Below, piece after piece: positions 58,301-64,000 of a stretch of 64,000 nucleotides of DNA (positions within the stretch are counted from its first letter, which is position 1; the number at the start of each line of letters is the position of its first letter). Source of the DNA: Armatimonadia bacterium (lineage in GTDB: Bacteria; Armatimonadota; Zipacnadia; Zipacnadales; JABUFB01). The notes beneath the pieces were generated by a model, which saw only the letters and a list, made by a program, of their open reading frames with translations, had not been told where the DNA came from and did no database searches. The stretch is taken from NCBI GenBank assembly GCA_039679385.1, contig JBDKVB010000168.1:334-64333 (forward strand), written 5' to 3'. The position numbers and the translations under genes are program-made.

Positions 58301-60170
58301 CGAGATGCCCGGCGACATCCCTGAGGGAGCGGATGTGGAGTACAACCTTCAGGGTGGCGAGGGAAAGGTGATCTACCCGGCGCGGACGACCACGTCACCG
58401 TTCTTCAGCGAGCAGCCGGTTGCCGGTCCGAGCCTGGCTGAGAAGGACATGCGGGCGGTGATGCGGGAGATCATCAACAAGGCGCCGGCCGTGCAGGCAC
58501 AGGCGGCTGCCGGTCTGAAGCCCCCGACCGCTCTGAAACAGGCCTGGAGCTACCGGGAGCGTCCGACCACGTACCTGCTGACCGCGAACAAGGGAGCGCA
58601 GGAGGCGGTTGACTGCGGCCTGAAGATCACTGCCTCACCCGAGCCGCTGGCGGCGAACGTGTTCAGCGGCGCTCCGGGGCAGAACACAGCGGACAAGGCG
58701 GTTGACGGCGGTGTACAGGGGACCGAGAACTGCGTGATGTGGGCTGATGACCAGCCCGCGACTCTGCGCCTCGACCTGGACCGCGACTATGACGTGAGCA
58801 AGCTCGTGGTGAAGGCCTGGTTTGTCACCGTGTCCAGCAAGGACAAGAAGTTCCAGGTGGGCAAGATCGGCGCCGAGGCGTCGCTGGACGGGTTCGTCGG
58901 CGACGTGCGTTCGCTGGTCGACTTCACGGATACGGCGATGCACGGCAACTGGGGCGACCCGGCGCACGAGCCCCAGGTGTACGAGTTCCCCCTCAAGGCT
59001 AAGGCGAAGAACCTGCGGCTGACGCTGACGCCTCGGCCCGGGACAGCGATCTACCTGGCGGAAGTGGAAGTCTGGGGCGATCGGGCCGGACTGTCGGAGG
59101 AGATTGCTGCGAAGCCGCGGGCGAGCTCGCTGGGGTTCTCGGCGGTCACGCAGGCCGACATCAACGGTGACGGGGTCAGGGAGGTGCTGGCAGGGCTGCC
59201 GACCGGCAAGCTGCTGGCGATCTCTGCTACCGGTGAGAGGCTGTGGGAGGCCATGCTGCCGGGTGCGATCAATGCGCTGGGCGCCGTGGACTTCGAGGGC
59301 AGCGGCAAGCCCACGATCGTTGCGGGTTGCATGGGTGCCCGTGCGGTCGCGCTCTCACCTGAGGGCAAGGTCCTGTGGACTTTCGAAGCCCCGTACTACA
59401 AGCGCGTGGGCCACATGCGAGTGGTATTCCCCGCCGACCTGGAGGGGAAGGGCAAGCAGGTGGCGATCCTGGGATCCGACAACTGGCACTTCTATGCCGT
59501 GGACGCCCAGGGCAAGCAGATCTGGGCCTATGAGAGCGTGCATGGCTCGACCTGTGGTGCTGCGGCTGACGTGGATGGGGACGGACGGCAGGAGGTTGTG
59601 GCCGGAACGGAGTACTACTGGTGGCATGTGGTGCGACCAGACGGGAAGGCCCTGTTCAGCTACTCGACCAGGAGTGGCCCGCATGCGAACGCGGCGACGA
59701 CGGCCAGTCTGGACGGCGACAAGACCCGCTGCGTGGTGTTCGGCGGAGCGGACGGGAACGTCCACGTGCTGGGCCCGGACGGCAAGCTGCGCTGGCAGTT
59801 CAACGCCGGTGACGAGATCGTCTCGGTCAGCGCCGCTGACGTGAACGGCGATGGGAAGGACGAGATCATCGCCGGCTCGATGAACTTCAACGTGTTCGCG
59901 ATCGATTCGACCGGGAAGGCTGTGTGGCGGACGGACGTGGGCAGCGAAGTGACCGGTACCAGGGTTGCGAACACTGAGAAGGGGCCGCAAGTTGTGGTCA
60001 CGAGTCGCGACGGCGGGCTGTATGTGCTGGAGGGCGCTACCGGTGCTGTGCGGGCCGGGCAGCGGCTGGTACCGGGTAAGGCGATCCTGTCTGTGCCTGA
60101 GACCGGCCAGGCGAAGCAGTTCGCGGTCGCTCCAGGGAATGGCGACCTGCTGCTGTTCCAGCTTCCCTGA
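55368..60170 (+). CDS. 1600-aa secreted multidomain protein: heparinase II/III-like lyase region, F5/8-type C (discoidin) domain, C-terminal FG-GAP/beta-propeller repeats
   Basis: Signal peptide VVSLVVLAAMSLGVAWA. Middle region FNHGTHPALG...WLTLYHMMTY is alpha/alpha-toroid-like. VDGGVQGTENCVMW...LAEVEVWG is discoidin-like. INGDGVREV, VDGDGRQEV and VNGDGKDEI are FG-GAP repeats. Confidence 0.7.
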   Translation: MMTMRVVSLVVLAAMSLGVAWAEEPPMLLNGFETTAGLSMTFDAKLPDSKLSLNVDPAYVSEGKSSLLMQSASPKDATGNSYVGVTFKLNKAVSLKGRALVLDVWTAEPGKMKALYVRGFDAANKCALSWQTWNWGGAVGKKTEVQLIPGMSLGGYMWEPSMAVSPDRETISRIEIIFGVSDRSVPYGAYLDNVRVIPCEVKSFMDVNKARPRCPETALVRDGQASAAIVCPSEPAWRTVAGELQSALTKKLGVSFAVKSAEELSDEDLTKTNAILLGTVVNNRRVLPLYSHLQTYADDLYPGPEGYVVQSIHDPWGTRNNVLLIGASTPAGAREGMTELLAAIPTTGTVGPVFKVKLTGIAKERFGSVLTREPDAAYIKSQQAAAEKALAEGGHTGLFSQIASVGSLYAQTHKDGYATLFAWLAKRAAEYHDTNPGTYGGPWGMDSDFPSSKVIPLWAVTEQSPALSDEDRLEVTKVLFRWISDVCPVETPSAKNENVRFNHGTHPALGCLFAGQYFTRYYDAAEARTWLDLADGCFQFQAKASKPNEDCNGYQWLTLYHMMTYALAKPDFTLFENGNARRSADFGILCMDNLGYSVTYGDTGAYVGWWSEMPFLMGAAWYYRDPRYAWALEKKQAVSGRVSMGEYNCLPTVEAAAGSGLKPPADLLGTKAWPLDPYYYKTFGGPQVQSLEQSVDKVVFRNGFDPQDQYLLLDGLSNGGHKHLDGNSISRWSEKGRIWLADADYILAAPKYHNGVLIFRDGQSQQIPDFCEIEHNVDFSQFGGTTTTFRNYAGVDWRRHILWLKGNSFLVADEMVAKEDGDYSFRVVWNTVGEVSLMGPGLNIHQDGQYASIAVSPDCRLLLDNDPDYGKNWSGYKYIKEPVVRVFKAVRDCKLKAGERTVIYSLLTATGDKQVMPRLVPFADRWVAVDGLADPIVAGVGGVHWEMHGLGVPEVDADDIVYTPSRVWLVGADRIDGGEMPGDIPEGADVEYNLQGGEGKVIYPARTTTSPFFSEQPVAGPSLAEKDMRAVMREIINKAPAVQAQAAAGLKPPTALKQAWSYRERPTTYLLTANKGAQEAVDCGLKITASPEPLAANVFSGAPGQNTADKAVDGGVQGTENCVMWADDQPATLRLDLDRDYDVSKLVVKAWFVTVSSKDKKFQVGKIGAEASLDGFVGDVRSLVDFTDTAMHGNWGDPAHEPQVYEFPLKAKAKNLRLTLTPRPGTAIYLAEVEVWGDRAGLSEEIAAKPRASSLGFSAVTQADINGDGVREVLAGLPTGKLLAISATGERLWEAMLPGAINALGAVDFEGSGKPTIVAGCMGARAVALSPEGKVLWTFEAPYYKRVGHMRVVFPADLEGKGKQVAILGSDNWHFYAVDAQGKQIWAYESVHGSTCGAAADVDGDGRQEVVAGTEYYWWHVVRPDGKALFSYSTRSGPHANAATTASLDGDKTRCVVFGGADGNVHVLGPDGKLRWQFNAGDEIVSVSAADVNGDGKDEIIAGSMNFNVFAIDSTGKAVWRTDVGSEVTGTRVANTEKGPQVVVTSRDGGLYVLEGATGAVRAGQRLVPGKAILSVPETGQAKQFAVAPGNGDLLLFQLP

Positions 60171-60203
60171 CCTCCCGGCCAGGGAAACCAGAAGCCTCGT
60201 GAA

Positions 60204-60240
60204 GCCACCGCAGAGCCATCTCTGCGGTGGCTTTGTCTTG
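60204..60240 (+). terminator. Rho-independent terminator after the giant gene
   Basis: GCCACCGCAGAG-CCAT-CTCTGCGGTGGC followed by TTTGTCTTG. Confidence 0.65.
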
Positions 60241-60421
60241 CGGGAGGGGCAGCGGGGCCGGTTCGTCCGGGAGTGGAAGCCAGGAGGTGCTCAAAGGCCT
60301 TGGGTTTCGCGCCAATCTGCCGAATATGGAACTGGAGGCCTGTTTGTCTGTGCCCTCCGGCAGGGGTGCGACCGGAGGGAAGCGGATTTCGTGGTGGGTC
60401 GGGGTACCACCTGGAGGGTCC

Positions 60422-61393
60422 ATGAAGGCGCTGGTCGCAGAACGGGACACTTCATGCAGGGAAGGGATCAGTGACGCCTTGCGGCGCTGGGACTGGGAGG
60501 TCGTGTCGACGCCGCTCGCCCCGGCGGTCCTCCAGACAGGACTCGAGGGTGTTGACGTCGCCATCGTGGGATCGCAGAAGCGCGAGGAAGGCCCGGTCTC
60601 AGTGTGCCGGCAGGTGCGTGAGCTTGCGGGCGCAAGCCCGCTGTACCTGATTGCGCTGGTCACCTCAGCCCATGAGGCCGCCCTGCGCGAGGTTGTCGAT
60701 GCCGGGGCCGATGACTGTCTGCTAATGCCGCTTCAGCCTGGGGAGATTTGGACGCGGCTGCGAACCGCTGCACGAGTGATTGGCCTCCAGGAGGAGCTGG
60801 TGCAAGCGCGTCTTGACCTGCATACGCGGACCACACGGGATGCGCTCACCGGGCTCCTGAACCGTGCGGCCATCTTTGACGTGCTGGCTGGTGAGGTCGC
60901 TCGGTGCCGCCGAGAGGGGACGGGATTCGCGGTCGCGGTAGCCGACATCGACCATTTCAAGTGGGTCAATGACCAGTATGGGCATCAGGCCGGTGACACG
61001 GTGCTCGCGGGCGTTGCCGAGCGGATGCTGCAGGCTGTACGGCCCTACGATTCAGTGGGGCGCTACGGCGGCGAGGAGTTCCTGATCGTCCTGCCCGGGT
61101 GTGACGGCCCGACGGCGTCTGAGGTCGCTGAACGCATCCGCGCGCTGATCGCTGCGGAGTCTTTCGGTGCGATGGGCATCAGCACGACGGTGAGCGTGGG
61201 AGTGGCGTTCTGTGCCTCGCAAGACGCCGCTGAGGGGCATGATCTGATCTGGCGTGCGGATGCAGCGATGTACCGGGCCAAGCGAGCCGGACGTAACCGA
61301 GTGCTGTGCTTCCATGCAGGGCCGAGTGGTGAGGAGGAGGGCTGGCGCGGCTGGCCTCTTGTCGGGGCTTCGACCTCGGGCCGATCGCGGTAG
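60422..61393 (+). CDS. response-regulator receiver plus GGDEF diguanylate cyclase
   Basis: ATG with GGAGGG 5 nt upstream. REC-like N-terminus. GGDEF domain with RYGGEEFLIV (GGEEF active site) and inhibitory-site-like RxxD. Confidence 0.8.
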   Translation: MKALVAERDTSCREGISDALRRWDWEVVSTPLAPAVLQTGLEGVDVAIVGSQKREEGPVSVCRQVRELAGASPLYLIALVTSAHEAALREVVDAGADDCLLMPLQPGEIWTRLRTAARVIGLQEELVQARLDLHTRTTRDALTGLLNRAAIFDVLAGEVARCRREGTGFAVAVADIDHFKWVNDQYGHQAGDTVLAGVAERMLQAVRPYDSVGRYGGEEFLIVLPGCDGPTASEVAERIRALIAAESFGAMGISTTVSVGVAFCASQDAAEGHDLIWRADAAMYRAKRAGRNRVLCFHAGPSGEEEGWRGWPLVGASTSGRSR

Positions 61394-61539
61394 AGGCTTC
61401 TCGGCTCCCACCACTGAGTTGCGCCCACGAAGGGAGCGACCTTCCCCCCGGCGAACACCCCCTGCGCAGAATCTCGCCTAGCCCCAGACCACGCAGACGG
61501 GCCTCGGAAGCGTGAGTCTCGGCTCCAGGAGATGCCGCC

Positions 61540-62688
61540 ATGGATGACCCGCGCAGCCCCTACCTTTTTCCTGTGGACCTGGAACGCTTCTGGGCCGATG
61601 ATGCCGCCAGTCGCGGCAAGCCCTTCTCCACCGACAAGCCCCAGGTTCCGCTGGGGATATCGATGCCTGCCACCTGCATCTGGGATGAGCTGGGGCTGCC
61701 CATGCCCCAAGGGGCCGACACAGAGGTCACCGACCCGTACCAGGTTGGGAAGGACCTGCGGAAGCGGTACAACGAAAAGGCGCTGGCGGTTGTCGGCAAG
61801 AGCCTCTTCCCGGAGGACGACCCGCCGCCGGCCGATTCGCATTTCCCCGCGGTGAAGGGGATCACGGATATCTTCGAGGCTCCAGTCTCGTATGTGGGCG
61901 GCACGGGCTGGGTGATGCCCGCCGCCTCGACGCCGGCTGAACTGGAAGCACTGCTGGACCGGGTTGGGAAACGCGAGGTCCGGTCGGTGCTGCTCCCGGC
62001 GAACTGGGAGGCGGAGTGCCGCCGGATCTACGAGACCTACGGGAAGAAGCCGCGTCTGGGTGGCGGGATTCGTGGGCCGGTCACGGCGGCCATGAGCATC
62101 TACGGGGTCGAGAACCTCATCTTTCTGGTCCTCGATGCACCGGAGCTCGCCGCTCGGTTCCGTGATCTGCTGTGCGACAAGATCATCGAGATGACACGCG
62201 TGCTGTACGAGGTCAGTGAGACGCCGGACCGCCGGGGCTTTGGCTTCAGTGACGACAATTCGGCGATGCTGAACCCGGACATGTACGCGTTCTTTGGCCA
62301 GCCGATCCTGCGCCGGGTGTTTGAGACCTTCTCACCGGGGCCGAAGGACGCGCGGTACCAACACTCGGACAGTGCGATGGGGCACCTGATGCCGCTGCTG
62401 AACGAAGTGGGGCTCAATGGGGCAAACTTCGGGCCAACCGTCAGGGCAGAGGACATCCGCCAAGCCCTGCCGCGGTGTGTGATCCACGGTCAGCTTGCGC
62501 CCTGGACCTTTGCGCGGGGGACGGATGAGGAAGTGGCGTGGGAGGTGCGTCGCGATCTCGAGGCCGTCGGTGCAGACGGTGGACTGGTGGTGGCAACGGC
62601 AGGGAGCATCAACCCCGGCAGCCGTCTCTCGGGGCTTCGGGCCGCCATGAGCATGATCCAGCAGTACGGGCGCCATCAGCCGTTCTAG
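61540..62688 (+). CDS. uroporphyrinogen decarboxylase (URO-D)-family protein, MtaA/CmuA-like
   Basis: 382-aa TIM-barrel-like ORF with weak URO-D family resemblance. No heme-biosynthesis neighbours. Confidence 0.55.
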   Translation: MDDPRSPYLFPVDLERFWADDAASRGKPFSTDKPQVPLGISMPATCIWDELGLPMPQGADTEVTDPYQVGKDLRKRYNEKALAVVGKSLFPEDDPPPADSHFPAVKGITDIFEAPVSYVGGTGWVMPAASTPAELEALLDRVGKREVRSVLLPANWEAECRRIYETYGKKPRLGGGIRGPVTAAMSIYGVENLIFLVLDAPELAARFRDLLCDKIIEMTRVLYEVSETPDRRGFGFSDDNSAMLNPDMYAFFGQPILRRVFETFSPGPKDARYQHSDSAMGHLMPLLNEVGLNGANFGPTVRAEDIRQALPRCVIHGQLAPWTFARGTDEEVAWEVRRDLEAVGADGGLVVATAGSINPGSRLSGLRAAMSMIQQYGRHQPF

Positions 62689-63785
62689 GGTCGGTAGCGC
62701 AGGCCCTCGTCGATCATGGTGAGGTAGTTCTCGACGGGTATGTAGCTGGGAATCGAGTTCCCTGAGCCCAGGGCATAGCGCCCCCGTGGCGCACACTCAT
62801 CGAGGATCTGGCGCACATATCGGCGCAGGTCTTCGGGTGTGGCGCGAGTGAGGACGTTGACGTCGACGCCGCCAAGGATGGCGATACGGTCGCCGTAGCG
62901 TCGCTGCATCTGTGCCACCGGGACAATGGCGTCCTCGTAGGAGTGCTTCCCATCGATGCCGACCTCGGAGATCAGGTGGTCCATGATCTGCTCGAGGTAT
63001 CCGCAGGAGTGGAGGAAGTAGGGCAGGCCCTTCGCGTGGGCCAGGTCGCGGAAGCGGCGGTGCCAGGGAAGGGTGTAGTGTTTGAGGTCGGCAGGCGAGA
63101 TGAGAGTGGCGGTGCGGAACCCCATGTCGTCCCCTGGGAAGACAACGATCAGCCGGTCGAGGTCGAGGAGTTGGCGGTAGTAGGCCTCCATCAGCGACCC
63201 GAGACGGTCGCAGACGGCCTGGACAAGGTCGGGCTGATCCATCAGCGCGAAGCAGAGCCCCTCGTAGGAGAAGATCGCCGAGAGATGCTCGTACATGCCG
63301 CCGGCGTGGCACGAGATCAGGCCCATCCCCTCGGGCAAGTGGGCATTGACGTACTCCATCGGGAAGAAGTCCATCATCTCGACGGACGGCCACGGGTAGG
63401 TCTCGAAGTCGGCCCAGGAGGTGATCATGCCGTGGTGCTGATCGCGCCAGGCTCGGTTGCCGGTCGCCCCCGGGGCTGCGTCTCTGGTCAGGAGGTTGTG
63501 GGAAGGGAAGCCCAGGGCGATCTCGAGGCGGACGAAGTCGTAGCCCATGCGGTACCAGAACTCGATGAAGTTGTCCCAGTAGGCGGCCTGGGAGGCTCGG
63601 TCACCGGGCTGCGGGTCGACCCAGGTGCGTCCGAGCATCTGGGTGAGGATCGGGCGCATGACCATGGGGTCGACGAGGTACTCGATCAGTGGCGGGCGGT
63701 CGGCGTGTTCCCGGCCCATCAGGATGCGGACGAACCTGTCGCAGTCTGGGTGGGGCTGGGCCAGCGGGATGCAGAACTGGGACAT
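62685..63785 (-). CDS. uroporphyrinogen decarboxylase (URO-D)-family protein
   Basis: 366 aa, URO-D-like with conserved ILGGVDVNVL-type C-terminal region. Convergent with the upstream URO-D-like gene, overlapping it by 4 nt. Confidence 0.6.
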   Translation of the reverse strand: MSQFCIPLAQPHPDCDRFVRILMGREHADRPPLIEYLVDPMVMRPILTQMLGRTWVDPQPGDRASQAAYWDNFIEFWYRMGYDFVRLEIALGFPSHNLLTRDAAPGATGNRAWRDQHHGMITSWADFETYPWPSVEMMDFFPMEYVNAHLPEGMGLISCHAGGMYEHLSAIFSYEGLCFALMDQPDLVQAVCDRLGSLMEAYYRQLLDLDRLIVVFPGDDMGFRTATLISPADLKHYTLPWHRRFRDLAHAKGLPYFLHSCGYLEQIMDHLISEVGIDGKHSYEDAIVPVAQMQRRYGDRIAILGGVDVNVLTRATPEDLRRYVRQILDECAPRGRYALGSGNSIPSYIPVENYLTMIDEGLRYRP

Positions 63786-64000
63786 CGGACGGACCTCCTG
63801 GGGTTGGGGAGAGGCTGCAACAGCGCAGTTCGCTCAGGCGCCGGGGAGGTCCTTCCTGAAGAGGGGATCAGAGGGGGATCCGTTGACAGGAGGAGGGAGT
63901 GGAGGTAGGATAGCACGCCATGGGGGGAGGACGCTTGGTGGGCACCGGGAGTGGCGATGCGGTTTTTGACTTGACAGGAGGGGGAGAAGGGGAATAGACT

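Noticed and set aside
63883-63914. TTGACA-17-TAGGAT promoter-like motif at window end pointing rightwards
   Set aside because: Purine-rich low-complexity context and a weak -10. The downstream gene is outside the window.
1-64000. tRNA/rRNA genes, transposases, integrases, prophage blocks
   Set aside because: No T-loop-like GGTTCGAAT motifs in intergenic spaces and no transposase or integrase-like ORFs. Coding density and GC are uniform.

Overview
High-GC (~65%) bacterial chromosomal window, densely coding on both strands, with about 50 protein-coding genes. No rRNA, tRNA, CRISPR array, transposase or prophage gene was seen by eye. Several markers are Firmicutes-like: a SigH-type sigma factor, type I glutamine synthetase GlnA, a KimA-type APC K+ transporter, LexA with a Cheo-box-like operator, and PolX. 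The housekeeping and repair genes are recO, lexA, sbcCD, polX, pcm and glnA. The window is unusually rich in secreted carbohydrate-active enzymes: three clan GH-A-like hydrolases, a 1600-aa multidomain heparinase II/III-like lyase with discoidin and FG-GAP propeller domains, a CE4 deacetylase, two paralogous long NagB-like deaminases, and an acetyl-esterase-like alpha/beta hydrolase. Beyond the genes, I found a dispersed about 150-200 bp intergenic repeat at two loci upstream of recO and kimA, and a QueG-like Fe-S protein next to a U32-like protein inside a polysaccharide locus at 45.1-60.2 kb. I also found a sigH operon with a DUF4342 protein and a small TM ORF, a convergent pair of URO-D-family genes, a lexA promoter with an overlapping SOS box, and repeat motifs upstream of glnA. 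All homology calls come from recognising conserved motifs by eye in the six-frame translations; no database search was run. Many long antisense ORFs in the track are high-GC artefacts.
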